Assembly (NCBI GenBank): GCA_004322465.1
Contig: SCVO01000083.1
Coordinates: forward strand, 6,983-70,982
Source of the DNA: Candidatus Nitrosotenuis sp.
Lineage (GTDB): Archaea; Thermoproteota; Nitrososphaeria; Nitrososphaerales; Nitrosopumilaceae
Length of the DNA: 64,000 nucleotides
Direction: 5' to 3'
Shown one piece after another: positions 16,918 through 27,559 of the stretch. A model generated the notes under the pieces. That model saw only the letters and a program-made list of their open reading frames with translations, made no database searches and had not been told where the DNA came from. How positions within the stretch are numbered: position 1 is the first letter of the stretch; each line of letters begins with the position of its first letter. The position numbers and the translations under genes are program-made.

Positions 16918-18543
16918 ATGATTCTTATGAAGTCGGTCAGAAATGTTTTCTTGGTTTTGGTTATAGTTTCAGTCGTCTTTGCCTCGGGATATTTTTTGCT
17001 AGCCGTCAAAAGTTCAGAAACCAGATCTGATGCGATGGAAGTCAACGGGGTCTCTGCAGATAGGTCGCTACAGGGATCTACGGTGCTCAAATCGGAAGCA
17101 CAGTATTTCTCAAGCGGAGAGACCTTCAGCATAGATGCCCGGAAAGTAAGGAAGACGATCGATGGGAATGAGATATCGATGTACGGCTACAACGGCCAAA
17201 TACCAGGTCCAACTCTGAGAGTCAAACAAGGAAGCACACTGACCGTGAACTTTACCAATGATTTGGATGTGGACACGACGGTACACTGGCACGGAATAAG
17301 ACTCAAGAACGAGTTCGACGGAGTGCCCCGCGTCACTCAGAAAGCAATCAGGCCTGGTGATACATTCGTCTATAGGCTAGATTTTCCCGACCCGGGGGTG
17401 TACTGGTACCACCCGCACGTCAGGGAGGACTTTCAGCAAGAGCTTGGTCTCTACGGCAACATCATTGTAGAGCCATCCGACCCGAACTATTACAACCAGG
17501 TAGATGGGGAGGAGACCCTTATCCTTGACGACATCAGGATTGCGGGCGTGGACGTTGAGGCCTTCTCGGAGGACTATGTGAAGCGCGCCCTCATGGGAAG
17601 GCTCGGCAACGTGATGATGATCAACGGCGAGGAAAACTACGAACTCGGCATAGATAGGGGCGAGAAAGTTAGATTCTACATAACGGACGCAGCCAACGCC
17701 AGAACTTTCAACCTGTCTGTGGAAGGACAGGTGATGAGGCTCGTTGGCGACGATTCGGGAAGGTACGAGAGGGATGTCTCGGTCAACAGCATCATTATCT
17801 CTCCTGGGGAGAGGAGGATAGTCGAGATCCAGTTCGACAAGCCAGGCAAGTTCAATGTTACACATAGAACCCCAAGCTCCGAGTATGTAATGGGCAGTGT
17901 CGAGGTGTCGGACACTGGATTGAACGTAGGAAAGAAAAGAAGCATGTCATCTCCTCCCGACATCAAGAGCAGCGTATACGGATTTGACGGCTATCTGAAA
18001 AAGACCCCCGACATCGAGATCCAACTGGAGTCCGAGCTGTCCGGAATGATGTCGAGAACCGGGGGAGGGGGTACGATGGCCCACACCATGCCTGATGGGT
18101 CCGTGATGGGAAGCTCCATGGCAATGGGAGAGTCGGGCCCGATAGAATGGGAAGACGACATGTTCATGATGAATTCCATGTCGAACAGCGAAAACACCAG
18201 ATGGGTGATCAGGGACACAAAGACCGGGAAGAAGAACGATGAACTGGTGTACGGGGCTGCCGTCGGCGACATCAAAAAGCTGAGGATATACAACGACCCG
18301 AACTCTATGCATCCAATGCAGCACCCCCTGCATCTGCATGGGCAAAGGTTCCTGATCCTCAGCCAAGACGGCGTTCCAAACCAGAATTTGGCCTGGAAGG
18401 ACACCGTGCTTGTCCCAAAAGGGAGCACCGTGGACATTTTGGTTGACTTTTCTAATCCAGGCGTCTGGCTGCTTCATTGCCACATACCGGAACACATGGA
18501 GTCGGGAATGATGATAAAATTTTCCGTGAGTGAAAAACCATGA
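16918..18543 (+). CDS. Three-domain multicopper oxidase with Met-rich insert (CueO/laccase-like)
   Basis: TVHWHG, YWYHPH, HPLHLHG, HCHIPEHMESGM. Confidence 0.92.
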   Translation: MILMKSVRNVFLVLVIVSVVFASGYFLLAVKSSETRSDAMEVNGVSADRSLQGSTVLKSEAQYFSSGETFSIDARKVRKTIDGNEISMYGYNGQIPGPTLRVKQGSTLTVNFTNDLDVDTTVHWHGIRLKNEFDGVPRVTQKAIRPGDTFVYRLDFPDPGVYWYHPHVREDFQQELGLYGNIIVEPSDPNYYNQVDGEETLILDDIRIAGVDVEAFSEDYVKRALMGRLGNVMMINGEENYELGIDRGEKVRFYITDAANARTFNLSVEGQVMRLVGDDSGRYERDVSVNSIIISPGERRIVEIQFDKPGKFNVTHRTPSSEYVMGSVEVSDTGLNVGKKRSMSSPPDIKSSVYGFDGYLKKTPDIEIQLESELSGMMSRTGGGGTMAHTMPDGSVMGSSMAMGESGPIEWEDDMFMMNSMSNSENTRWVIRDTKTGKKNDELVYGAAVGDIKKLRIYNDPNSMHPMQHPLHLHGQRFLILSQDGVPNQNLAWKDTVLVPKGSTVDILVDFSNPGVWLLHCHIPEHMESGMMIKFSVSEKP

Positions 18544-18581
18544 TGCATGTTTTAATAACGAGGCCGACAACTGGTGCTTAA

Positions 18582-19121
18582 ATGAAAGTGGTCAGAAATA
18601 TTCTCGCCGTTGCAAGTAAACCGAAATACGCCCTGTTGACGTTTCTGGCATCGTCCGGCCTGTTTTCCGTGTTCATCTTTGTTAACAATATCTCGATGTT
18701 CACATCTGCGTTTGACGCCACAAAGGACTTTTGGATCATGACTAGCGTCTTTGCTAGGGCAGTCGAGATGATCTCAGGCGTTGGCGGCGCAATCGTAATT
18801 GCGTCATCTATCGCGATATCGATCCTTGGGGGCCTAAGCATTGCGATGCTGACCTATAAGATGAAAAACATGAATCAAAGCGCGGGTGGGGGTTTGCTAA
18901 GCTTTGGTGGTCTCTTCGGCGGTGCACTGTCATCCACATGTTCGGCGTGTTCCGCTACGCTGATATCGATTCTTGGAATTGCTGGCGGCTTGTCCATATT
19001 TCCTTTCAAGGGACTAGAGTTAAGCGCTGTGAGCATTGCAGTTTTGCTCGTGTCGATTTACTTCATGGCGAAAAACCTTGACGTACAAACGTGCGGTTTG
19101 AAAAATAAAATCAAGAATTGA
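18582..19121 (+). CDS. Membrane protein with intramembrane CxxC (CSAC)
   Basis: About 4 TM helices, SSTCSACS. Confidence 0.7.
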   Translation: MKVVRNILAVASKPKYALLTFLASSGLFSVFIFVNNISMFTSAFDATKDFWIMTSVFARAVEMISGVGGAIVIASSIAISILGGLSIAMLTYKMKNMNQSAGGGLLSFGGLFGGALSSTCSACSATLISILGIAGGLSIFPFKGLELSAVSIAVLLVSIYFMAKNLDVQTCGLKNKIKN

Positions 19122-19171
19122 CTCGGAAACCTGAAAGCAAGAACTATGCCATTAGAAACAAGTTATTGTAG

Positions 19172-19185
19172 TTTACATTTGTAAA
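19172..19185. promoter_or_regulatory. Island box TTTACATTTGTAAA
   Basis: Palindrome about 9 nt upstream of TTAATATA. Confidence 0.75.
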
Positions 19186-19222
19186 GTCTTGTATTAATAT
19201 ATCTCATCTTCAAACCAAGATT

Positions 19223-19396
19223 GTGTTCGGATTACTTAAGAAGCGCTGCCCAGTGTGTGGAATGGATGTTGATAAGGACTCTTCCATCAAAAGATTTGGA
19301 AAATACTTTTGCTCGGCAGAACATGCAGAAAAGTTCGGTGAAACAAACGCATCTGGGCAAGAAGACGATTCTCACGGTCACGGCGGTTGCTGCTAG
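19223..19396 (+). CDS. Small YHS/TRASH-like metal-binding protein ending GGCC (paralog 1; absent from ORF track)
   Basis: GTG start: MFGLLKKRCPVCGMDVDKDSSIKRFGKYFCSAEHAEKF...HGHGGCC. Confidence 0.85.
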   Translation: MFGLLKKRCPVCGMDVDKDSSIKRFGKYFCSAEHAEKFGETNASGQEDDSHGHGGCC

Positions 19397-19424
19397 GTTT
19401 AGGCATGTTGTAAGGTGATTTGAG

Positions 19425-20183
19425 ATGTCTAATGAAAATCCTGGGAGAACAATAAGCATAACAAAAACAACCATCATTTTTGGCGTCGTCCTTTTGGTGT
19501 TGGGTTACTTCATAGGAAATACCATCCCAATTACGAGCAATATTGCCAAACAACAACCCAATATTGGTATGATAACGTCGACTGTTGGCCAAGACGACAC
19601 CTCTACGACCAAGTTCGCTGGAAGCGTAAATTTTGATGTCCCCTCCATAGCAAAATTCAGAGGATCCGAATCCGCGAGATTGAATTTGGTAGAGTTTGGA
19701 GATTACCAATGTCCATTCTGTGAAAAATTCTTTAAAGAAACCGAGCCGATACTTGCAAAAGAATACATCGATGCCGGCAAAGTAAAGTTCTACTTTCTTG
19801 ACGTCTCAATAGTTGGCCCAGATTCAATAATCCTTGCACAGGCATCCTGGTGTGCAAATGATCAAGACAAGTACTACGAATATCACGATTATGTGTATGC
19901 AAACCAAGGGCAGGAAAATTCCGGTTGGGGAACCCCTGACAAGGTAAAGAATCTTGTCAAGAACATTTCCGGAATTGATATTGAGAAATTCGGTCAATGC
20001 CTCGACAGCAAAAAATACGAATCACGCAGCCAACAATTGACAAGTTTTGCCAATCAGATCGGACTTACAGGAACACCAACTATGTTTGTCGGAAACTCGG
20101 AACTTGGCTATACAAAGATCACAGGGGCACAGCCGTATTCTGTATTCAAGCAGGTAATTGACAAATACCTAGAGCAAACCTAA
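19425..20183 (+). CDS. dsbA: DsbA-family oxidoreductase (second copy)
   Basis: EFGDYQCPFC, GLTGTPTMF, GAQPY. Confidence 0.9.
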   Translation: MSNENPGRTISITKTTIIFGVVLLVLGYFIGNTIPITSNIAKQQPNIGMITSTVGQDDTSTTKFAGSVNFDVPSIAKFRGSESARLNLVEFGDYQCPFCEKFFKETEPILAKEYIDAGKVKFYFLDVSIVGPDSIILAQASWCANDQDKYYEYHDYVYANQGQENSGWGTPDKVKNLVKNISGIDIEKFGQCLDSKKYESRSQQLTSFANQIGLTGTPTMFVGNSELGYTKITGAQPYSVFKQVIDKYLEQT

Positions 20184-20311
20184 TTTCTTTTCTTTGATAT
20201 TTTTTAACAATTGATCTCACAATCTTAAAGGATATTCAATTAGGCGCATAATTTTTATTTGCTTTTTACAGAACGCTAAAAACCGAAAATTTAATGGTTA
20301 TCAAGAGAAGA

Positions 20312-20914
20312 TCATATTTTTTCTGGTTCAGAGTGATTTGCATGGCCGCTCCCGCCACACCCGTCTTCCAGATCCCAGGCTTTGGCAATTTGCTTTTCAT
20401 CAAAGTTGTATTCTGTAATGAGATATTTTGCCTGCCCTTCAAATGCAGTCCACCTCCAGCACTTGCAGCAACAAGGGCCTCCTTCCATCGACATGCTCAT
20501 TGCCTTATCATACACTTGTTGCTGCTGCGCAGTCAGCACTATTTCCTTATCATAGGCAATCAGCCTTTTTGCAAGAGAAGCCTCGATATCATACGGATCA
20601 GACGGGATCACATCTATGCCGGAATACTGCTTTAGACCTTCAACTTGCTCTGCATATCGATGAAAGTCCATTTTTGAGCAGCAAGAGCCCTGCAACCTAT
20701 CGTTGTCAGCCTTTGCGTCCAGAAAATTTGAAGGCGCACAATAGTTCGTATTGGCGCTACTGAGGATGACAAATTTTTCTTCCAGACCGCCTGTCGGGCT
20801 GTCAACGCTGGACTTGAAATTCCCGCTCATTGCAAGAAAGGCAATCACTAGCAGTACAGGGAGTATTCCCATCAGCAGGTATTTTGTTTGTGGAAGTTGT
20901 ATTTTGCGTGTCAT
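20312..20914 (-). CDS. Membrane-anchored Cys-rich protein downstream of copA
   Basis: TM anchor; GSCC, GPCCCKCW, DGCGG. Confidence 0.75.
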   Translation of the reverse strand: MTRKIQLPQTKYLLMGILPVLLVIAFLAMSGNFKSSVDSPTGGLEEKFVILSSANTNYCAPSNFLDAKADNDRLQGSCCSKMDFHRYAEQVEGLKQYSGIDVIPSDPYDIEASLAKRLIAYDKEIVLTAQQQQVYDKAMSMSMEGGPCCCKCWRWTAFEGQAKYLITEYNFDEKQIAKAWDLEDGCGGSGHANHSEPEKI

Positions 20915-20936
20915 TGTCGGATTCTCAATGTGGTTT

Positions 20937-23351
20937 TTACTTCTTTTTTGGCGACCATCTTTTGAGCAGCAACGAGCTGCCTGTTACAGAAACAGAGCTT
21001 GTAGCCATCGCCACACCGGCAAGTGCCGGATAAAGCAAGCCCAGTCCCGCAATTGGAATTAGTGCTGCATTATACATAAAGGCGTAAAAGAGGTTCTGCT
21101 TTATTTTGCCGACGGTTTTTTTGCTGATCTCAATTGCAGTTACTACATCTCTAATGTCATTTCTTATCAGAACGACTTTGCCAGATTCAATTGCAATGTC
21201 AGTGCCACTACCTACTGCTATCCCCACATCTGCCTGAGTAAGAGCCGCGGCATCGTTAACGCCGTCTCCTGCCATGGCCACCTTTTTTCCTTCAGCCTGG
21301 AGTTTTTTTATGACATCAAGTTTGTCGGAGGGGAGAACGTTTGCAATTACCCTGTCTATGCCTATCTCCTTTGCCACGGTGCTTGCCGTTCTTTGATTGT
21401 CTCCCGTCAACATGATTACTTCGATTCCTTTTTCTTTTAGTGACTTTACAGCATCTTTTGCGCCAGGTTTTGCCGTGTCAATTAGTCCAAGTATTCCAAT
21501 AATCTCACCGTTCAAAGCAACAAGTATGGTGGTTTTTCCCTCACTTTGCAATCTTACGATTATCTCTTTGGCCTTTGAATCGTCGATCCCTCTCTCTATG
21601 ATAAATCCCTGGCTTCCGACAAGAATTTTTTGATTATCATATACTGCATCAACGCCTCTTCCGGGGACAGAGACAAACTCTGTTGGATCTGCGATCCCCA
21701 GGTTACGCTCTTGGGCGTCTTTAACGATTGACTTTGCCAAGGGGTGCTCTGAGTTTTTTTCTACCATTGCGGCGACTTGGAGAATTTTGTTTTCATCTGA
21801 CTTGTCATCAATTGGAATTATGTCGGTAACTTTCGGATTTCCTTCGGTGAGAGTGCCGGTTTTATCAAAAACAGCTACTGTGATCTTACCAAGATTTTCA
21901 AGAGCCTCACCGCTTTTGAATATGACACCGTTTTGAGCACTTTTACTCATTCCAACCATCACTGCAGTTGGGGTGGCAAGGCCAAGTGCACATGGACATG
22001 CAACCACCAAGACTGCCACCGCTGGAATGAGAGATGCTGCAAAGTGGTGCTCGCCATGCGCAGTAAATGCATACCATCCAAGAAAAGTCGCAATCGACAC
22101 GCCAATAACTACGAGTGCAAAATAGCCGGATATCTTGTCGACCATTCGTTGCATTGGGGGTTTCATACCCATCGCATCTTCGACTAGTTTTACAATTTGT
22201 GAAAGTGCACTCTCGCTGCCCACTTTTGTTGTCCTGATTACCAGAGCGCCGTCTTTGTTGACTGTGCTTCCTATCACGTAATCTCCTTGCTTTTTTTCAA
22301 CCGGCACAGATTCTCCCGTGATCATCGATTCATCCACTGCAGAGCGTCCTTCAATCACTATGCCATCGACAGGAATCTTTTCCCCCGGTCGCACCACAAT
22401 GATGTCATCCTGCTTTATCATCTCGATTGAGATGTCAGTTTCCTTTCCATCTTTTTTTATTCTGGCAGTTTTTGGTTGCAGCTCTAGCATCTTTTTGATA
22501 ATGGATGAAGCCTTGCCCTTTGTCTTGTTTTCAAGGTATTTTCCTAGAACGATGAATGTGATTACTACTGCGGCTGCGTCATAGTAGATGTTGTGCCATA
22601 CAGGAGTCGGGAATGTGTTGTATGCACTGAATAGATACGCCGCAGTGGTGCCGACTACAACAAGGGTATCCATGTTTGCAGATTTCATTTTTGCAATTCT
22701 GAACGCCCCGACGTAAAACCTGCTGCCTGCGATGAACTGTACCGCACTTGCGCAAACAAACATGACGTATCCTGCCATGGCAGTTCCGGCCCACGGAACA
22801 AACGAGAGATATTCAGGATATGCAAAAAGCAGAATTGGGATGGTAAATCCGAGTCCAATCAGGAACAATTTTTTGAGTTTTTTTGCCTCGATTTCTTCGG
22901 CCGATGCCGAAAGATCCTCGCTTAGTATCTGGTAACCGCGTTTGTGAATGAGTTGTCTGATGTCTGAAAGCGAAAATAATGCTTGATTGTATTCGATGAT
23001 TGCCTGACTATTTCCATAGTTTACAGATGCAAATCTAATCCCTTCAAGTTCACTTAACCTCTTTTCAAGATTACCTGCATCGCTTGAATCGGTGATTCCG
23101 CTTAGCTTGAGTGTGAGCTTTTCATAAATGACTTTGTAACCAACGTCCTGTATTGCGTCTTCGATCTTGCTTAGATCAATGGAAGAAGGATCAAACTCCA
23201 AGACAGCTTTTTCAGCAGCCAGATTAACTTCGCATTTTTTGACGCCGGGAAGATCCATTATGTAGTTTTGTATGGAATTTACACACCCGGCGCAGTGCAT
23301 ACCACCTATTTTTATTGCCGTTCGTTTGGTTTGGACTTGTTCTGAGTTCAT
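20937..23351 (-). CDS. copA: Cu(I)-transporting P1B-1 ATPase
   Basis: HMA GMHCAGC, CPC, DKTGT, HP, GDGVND, YN and MxxSS motifs. Confidence 0.95.
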   Translation of the reverse strand: MNSEQVQTKRTAIKIGGMHCAGCVNSIQNYIMDLPGVKKCEVNLAAEKAVLEFDPSSIDLSKIEDAIQDVGYKVIYEKLTLKLSGITDSSDAGNLEKRLSELEGIRFASVNYGNSQAIIEYNQALFSLSDIRQLIHKRGYQILSEDLSASAEEIEAKKLKKLFLIGLGFTIPILLFAYPEYLSFVPWAGTAMAGYVMFVCASAVQFIAGSRFYVGAFRIAKMKSANMDTLVVVGTTAAYLFSAYNTFPTPVWHNIYYDAAAVVITFIVLGKYLENKTKGKASSIIKKMLELQPKTARIKKDGKETDISIEMIKQDDIIVVRPGEKIPVDGIVIEGRSAVDESMITGESVPVEKKQGDYVIGSTVNKDGALVIRTTKVGSESALSQIVKLVEDAMGMKPPMQRMVDKISGYFALVVIGVSIATFLGWYAFTAHGEHHFAASLIPAVAVLVVACPCALGLATPTAVMVGMSKSAQNGVIFKSGEALENLGKITVAVFDKTGTLTEGNPKVTDIIPIDDKSDENKILQVAAMVEKNSEHPLAKSIVKDAQERNLGIADPTEFVSVPGRGVDAVYDNQKILVGSQGFIIERGIDDSKAKEIIVRLQSEGKTTILVALNGEIIGILGLIDTAKPGAKDAVKSLKEKGIEVIMLTGDNQRTASTVAKEIGIDRVIANVLPSDKLDVIKKLQAEGKKVAMAGDGVNDAAALTQADVGIAVGSGTDIAIESGKVVLIRNDIRDVVTAIEISKKTVGKIKQNLFYAFMYNAALIPIAGLGLLYPALAGVAMATSSVSVTGSSLLLKRWSPKKK

Positions 23352-23400
23352 CGGATTTCCTACTGTAGTTGTTATTCTATGTGCTACTTAACCCCCTATC

Positions 23401-23414
23401 TTTACAATTGTAAA
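23401..23414. promoter_or_regulatory. Island box TTTACAATTGTAAA between divergent copA and regulator
   Basis: Perfect palindrome. Confidence 0.8.
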
Positions 23415-23449
23415 GTAAATAACTAGGATGGCCGTAAATCTCATGTACA

Positions 23450-23890
23450 ATGCCCTTCAAATTAGATAAAATCGACACGGATATTCTGGAATCGTTATTG
23501 GAGGACGGCCGAAAGTCTTTCCGGCAGGTTTCAAGAGAGATCAAAGTCAGCACGCCTACCGTCAAGGCAAGATATCAGAGACTCGTAAACATAGGCCTCA
23601 TAAAGGCAGTATTGCCAGTAATTGATCTTGGAAAAATCGAAGACAAGACGGGTTCAAGGCTTGATAAAATACGCTCAAAGGCAATAAAAAATCACAACAT
23701 AAAGCTGAGCAAAGATGCAGTCATAAAATTATCATGCGATTACTGCAAGGGTCCAGTTCACGGAAAGCCAAGCATACTCAAGTTTGCAATTTTTGAGAGA
23801 TTCTTTTGCTGCCCCTCATGTAAAACCCTCTACAAGGAAAAGCACAGGGGTAGAATACAAAGCCTTTCCGGCAAGGACTTACAAGCGTAA
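23450..23890 (+). CDS. AsnC/Lrp-type HTH + TRASH metal-sensing regulator (CopR/CopT-like)
   Basis: LDKIDTDIL..L.EDGRKSFRQ HTH; CDYC...FFCCPSC. Confidence 0.88.
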   Translation: MPFKLDKIDTDILESLLEDGRKSFRQVSREIKVSTPTVKARYQRLVNIGLIKAVLPVIDLGKIEDKTGSRLDKIRSKAIKNHNIKLSKDAVIKLSCDYCKGPVHGKPSILKFAIFERFFCCPSCKTLYKEKHRGRIQSLSGKDLQA

Positions 23891-23900
23891 GATCTTCGTT

Positions 23901-24914
23901 TTAATTTTTAACATCAAAAATCCCAGTCCAGCCCTTTTCTGAAAATTCTACTTTGTGCGCATGAAACAGATATTTTCCGGGATACGTGTAATTGAATTCC
24001 ATTATTCCTCTCTCCGTTTGTGATAATGTGATCATGTCAGTATATGTGGAAGGAACTGTCGAGGTTCCTGTCGGATAATAATTGTACAGATTTCCATGTA
24101 AATGGAAATTGTTTATCGGATCAAACTCCACCATGTTTACTACATAGATTCTGATTAGATCATTTGCATTTATCTGGATTGGATTGTACTGGTAGTAAAA
24201 CGGAATCGTGTTTGCCGCGTAAAAGTTGTTTTCCTTGTCAAAATCCGTATCGAACCCGTTTAGGACCATTACCATCTCATCTGCCTTAGGCCTTGGTTCC
24301 TTTGGATCCACAATGTATACGCCATAAAGGCCGCGTGATATGTGTTCTTCAAGTGGCATCACATGGCAGTGATATGGGTGTACTCCAACTGGCCCTGCCT
24401 CAAACTCATAAGTGAACTGTCCACCTCCAGGGCCAACCGTTTCAAAAACTCCGTCCATTTCAGCTGGATGAATCCCATGAAAGTGAATCGTATGAGATTT
24501 TGAGCCGTTATTGATGAACTTGACTCGAATCATGTCACCTTCGGTTGCCCGGATTGTAGGACCTGGAACTGTGCCGTTGAAGGTCCAGACATTGTAAAAA
24601 ACTCCAGGTGAGATCTCTTCGATTTTATCATCTTCTGCTATTATTGTGAATTCGCGAAGGGTTTTTCCATCTTCCAGTTTTGAGATGCGGCCATAGTTGA
24701 ACTGTCGCAGATACTTGTCAGGGTCAAACTCGACAGTTTTGCCAGAATATATTGGATCCAAGATGTCGCCAGTTGTTTTGATTACTACGCCATTGTGGGA
24801 GACGAGTGTTTTCTCATCAGGTTTTGCATCAATTGTATTTGGAAAAACAAAATAAACTACAGTTATAGATGATATTGCTACTAATACGGTCAACATTTTA
24901 AAAAATTGTTTCAA
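23901..24914 (-). CDS. Two-domain multicopper oxidase
   Basis: HTIHFHG, YHCH...EH, NFHLHG, FHAH. Confidence 0.88.
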   Translation of the reverse strand: MKQFFKMLTVLVAISSITVVYFVFPNTIDAKPDEKTLVSHNGVVIKTTGDILDPIYSGKTVEFDPDKYLRQFNYGRISKLEDGKTLREFTIIAEDDKIEEISPGVFYNVWTFNGTVPGPTIRATEGDMIRVKFINNGSKSHTIHFHGIHPAEMDGVFETVGPGGGQFTYEFEAGPVGVHPYHCHVMPLEEHISRGLYGVYIVDPKEPRPKADEMVMVLNGFDTDFDKENNFYAANTIPFYYQYNPIQINANDLIRIYVVNMVEFDPINNFHLHGNLYNYYPTGTSTVPSTYTDMITLSQTERGIMEFNYTYPGKYLFHAHKVEFSEKGWTGIFDVKN

Positions 24915-24950
24915 GATGTAGTTGATCAGATATTTCTATTTACTTATTTA

Positions 24951-24972
24951 AAATTTAGCCAAAGCTAAATTT
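24951..24972. promoter_or_regulatory. Palindrome AAATTTAGC-CAAA-GCTAAATTT (DtxR/MntR-like operator)
   Basis: Perfect 9-bp arms upstream of the two-domain MCO. Confidence 0.55.
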
Positions 24973-25012
24973 GTTAGCTAAGGTGAAGATAACGATAATC
25001 GCGTTTTGTAAA

Positions 25013-25026
25013 TTTACAAGTGTAAA
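25013..25026. promoter_or_regulatory. Island box TTTACAAGTGTAAA
   Basis: Matches consensus; overlaps TTGTAAATTTACAA palindrome. Confidence 0.65.
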
Positions 25027-25102
25027 ACGATTGATTAGAATCTACATATTATGATAATGGGATTCAGTGCGGCATTTTCTACAAGGCAAAATGATTCCAA
25101 AT

Positions 25103-25726
25103 TTAGTCTGAACTCATAGATGTCTTGGTTAGCTTCATTATTATCCCACTAAACGTGATTGATCCCAAAAAATACCACGCCCAAAAATAGACTTCGTTTA
25201 CATTTTTGCAGATTTTTCCATCAATTTTTTCAGCACTGCAGGTAAGCTCAAAAAAGTTTCCAGGTATTACATTCAATGGGATTGGCGACATGGCGACAGT
25301 GTAAGAGAATAGTGGCGGCAATACTAGATAGAAAATCAACATCAGTGGAACAAAGGTTATCATCATTGGTCTCATGTTCATTTGCATCATTTCTTGGTTC
25401 AGTTTACTCATGTATGCTGATTTTTTGTTGAGCTCTGCTTGTTTTTCGATGTCTTTGGCTCTGAATGCTGACATTCTTTCTTTTTGCCAGGCTTTAGTTT
25501 CCCTCATTATTCTTTTGAGCTTGTCCGGATCAACGAGTTTTTTTCGTACAACCGCATTAAACAGGTTTAGAAGAACTGCAAATCCAATGATTCCAAACAT
25601 CGCAGGAATCATTCCTTTTACTATTGGATCCGCACTTCCAAGCGGTCCACGATTAAGAAGATCGGTTTGCAAAAATACAGATTGCAATAATTGTAATATT
25701 ATGATTGGTTCCATTTCAAAGACCAA
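25103..25726 (-). CDS. EMC3/TMCO1 (DUF106) family membrane insertase-like protein
   Basis: TM - coiled coil - MRPMMITFVP...WYF pattern. Confidence 0.85.
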   Translation of the reverse strand: MVFEMEPIIILQLLQSVFLQTDLLNRGPLGSADPIVKGMIPAMFGIIGFAVLLNLFNAVVRKKLVDPDKLKRIMRETKAWQKERMSAFRAKDIEKQAELNKKSAYMSKLNQEMMQMNMRPMMITFVPLMLIFYLVLPPLFSYTVAMSPIPLNVIPGNFFELTCSAEKIDGKICKNVNEVYFWAWYFLGSITFSGIIMKLTKTSMSSD

Positions 25727-25756
25727 CGTAAAGGGTCTGTGACATACAGAAATTAA

Positions 25757-25939
25757 TTAACAGCAACCGTCACGCCTTGGGTGCCACTTTTGATACTCTT
25801 CTTCTCGTCTTTCATCTTCTGCTATTTTTGCGCCGAACTGATTGGCGTGTTCATCATTACAAAAATGCTTTCCAAACCTTTTGACTTCAGTCTCTTTCTT
25901 TACCTCAATACCGCATACTCGACAATGTTTTTCAAACAT
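25757..25939 (-). CDS. Small YHS/TRASH-like protein ending DGCC (paralog 2)
   Basis: CRVCG...KRFGKHFCNDEHA. Confidence 0.85.
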   Translation of the reverse strand: MFEKHCRVCGIEVKKETEVKRFGKHFCNDEHANQFGAKIAEDERREEEYQKWHPRRDGCC

Positions 25940-25976
25940 GGTGTCTTGATCCTCTCATGATATTTTAATACCGATG

Positions 25977-25990
25977 TTTACAAATGCAAA
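25977..25990. promoter_or_regulatory. Island box TTTACAAATGCAAA
   Basis: One mismatch; 38-51 nt upstream of paralog 2. Confidence 0.6.
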
Positions 25991-26061
25991 TTTTCCCATT
26001 GTTAACATTTGTTCTTTGATTCAACATGTGAGCGTTTTGATTAGCCTGAGTCTTTGATGAT

Positions 26062-26721
26062 CTAAACTTGTGGCTTTTTGAAAAACTCGTCAAGTTTTAC
26101 TTTTTTGCTTACCAAATTTGCAATGATAATTCCAAAAACAGTTCCACCAAAAACATCCATAGGATAGTGCTGGAGAACATAGACTCTACTAATTGATTCA
26201 AAGATAGGAAATAGCCAGATAAGGTATCGTCCCCTTGGGAATCTTTCTGATAAGGCATATCCAAGAACAAAGGCCACAATTGCTGCACGTGTTGCATGCC
26301 CTGATGGAAAAGAACCGTCAGTTCCGATAACAAAGGTGTCCTTACCTATTGCATATGGGAGATTTGAGCCTAAAAACTCGAGATCTGGCCGTGGGCTGTC
26401 AATTACATATCCCTTGAAGTATCCAGAGGCAAGTGTTCCAATCACTATGCACAGCAACAGGGTGATTCCTATTCTTCGTGTCCTGCGTATGATGGCAAGT
26501 ATGATGCTCAGAAGAAGAATTGATGTGACGCTGCCCACTTCGGTAATTCCCCACATGAAAAGATCCACTGCACGGTTTCCTGCAGCCGACTGAAAATATA
26601 GTAGAATTGACCTATCATAGCCCGAAGTAACGTGCGCTTGTACTAAAACAGACATTATGATAAAGGCAAGTACAAACAGAAGAAACGCCCTTGATCTAAC
26701 ATCGAACAACCAATTTTGCAA
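26062..26721 (-). CDS. PAP2-family membrane phosphatase
   Basis: K..I..PRP, SFPSGH, SRVYVLQHYPMDV. Confidence 0.9.
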   Translation of the reverse strand: MQNWLFDVRSRAFLLFVLAFIIMSVLVQAHVTSGYDRSILLYFQSAAGNRAVDLFMWGITEVGSVTSILLLSIILAIIRRTRRIGITLLLCIVIGTLASGYFKGYVIDSPRPDLEFLGSNLPYAIGKDTFVIGTDGSFPSGHATRAAIVAFVLGYALSERFPRGRYLIWLFPIFESISRVYVLQHYPMDVFGGTVFGIIIANLVSKKVKLDEFFKKPQV

Positions 26722-26971
26722 TTATAACGCACCTGAATGTGACATTTTAATTTCTCAAATCAGGTAAAACGGTATGCACTGTAAAATGTTTTGCAGGTTT
26801 GAGATATCGCAATTTGTTGGGAAAAAATAAAAGTTCTGATCTTAGCAATTGATTTGCGGTATTGGGGTTTGCATTCAAAAATGATCAATCACTAAAACCA
26901 TTTCACAGTTGAACTGTGTTTTAGAACTTTCAACACACTGTATTCTAATTCCAGATATATTAACACCCAAA

Positions 26972-26985
26972 TTTACAAATGTAAG
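26972..26985. promoter_or_regulatory. Island box TTTACAAATGTAAG
   Basis: Matches consensus; next to ATATATTAA. Confidence 0.7.
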
Positions 26986-27017
26986 ATTTGTACGTCTGTT
27001 ATTGTAGAATATGATAT

Positions 27018-27031
27018 TTTACAAACGTAAA
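27018..27031. promoter_or_regulatory. Island box TTTACAAACGTAAA
   Basis: Matches consensus. Confidence 0.7.
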
Positions 27032-27106
27032 GTAGAATCGATAAATATGTCCATTTTACTCCCAGATCGTTGACTCAATCTCCGACTTGTTTGAAGGAAA
27101 AGTGAC

Positions 27107-27493
27107 TTGAGAATAAGAACAGTAACAGGGATGGCATTTGCAGCCATAATTTTGATCCTTGTGTATGTGGGAAACGTATTATTTTCCATTTATTTTGGGA
27201 AATCGTTTCTGCCATTAGATGTAACGACACTTGGAATAATCATAGGTATGCCTTCGGCAGCCTTGCAGATCATAGCATTTTTCTTGGCAAGAAAAACAAA
27301 ATCGAGATTTATTGGCCTGTTAATTCTCATCACGGGAATTCTAATGATGGGTGGTTCACTTGCCACAACCACGTCTAGTGATCAAAGCATTTCCGATTTG
27401 GAGTCTTTTGGGAAACACATCGCGGCATTTTTGCCTGTTATGGTTTTGGGTATGTTCATTGTCATTTTGGGCATAAGCAAGCTAAACGACTAG
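27107..27493 (+). CDS. Four-TM membrane protein (paralog of 32465-32854)
   Basis: Shared FLPLD..T.G..G.PS motif. Confidence 0.75.
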   Translation: MRIRTVTGMAFAAIILILVYVGNVLFSIYFGKSFLPLDVTTLGIIIGMPSAALQIIAFFLARKTKSRFIGLLILITGILMMGGSLATTTSSDQSISDLESFGKHIAAFLPVMVLGMFIVILGISKLND

Positions 27494-27559
27494 AACTGGG
27501 CGTGGAATTCAGTAAAAAAGCCTTTTACAAAAATCGAGCCAGATCTTTTTGCAAAATAA

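Noticed and set aside
16256-18570. Long antisense ORFs (16256-16900, 17377-17865, 17947-18570, 17991-18437)
   Set aside because: Shadows of GC-rich real genes; no motifs
19221-19418. ORF-track 65-aa ORF
   Set aside because: Wrong frame; the real gene is 19223-19396
23901-24914. nirK (nitrite reductase) assignment
   Set aside because: Motifs fit two-domain MCOs generally and cannot be resolved without phylogeny
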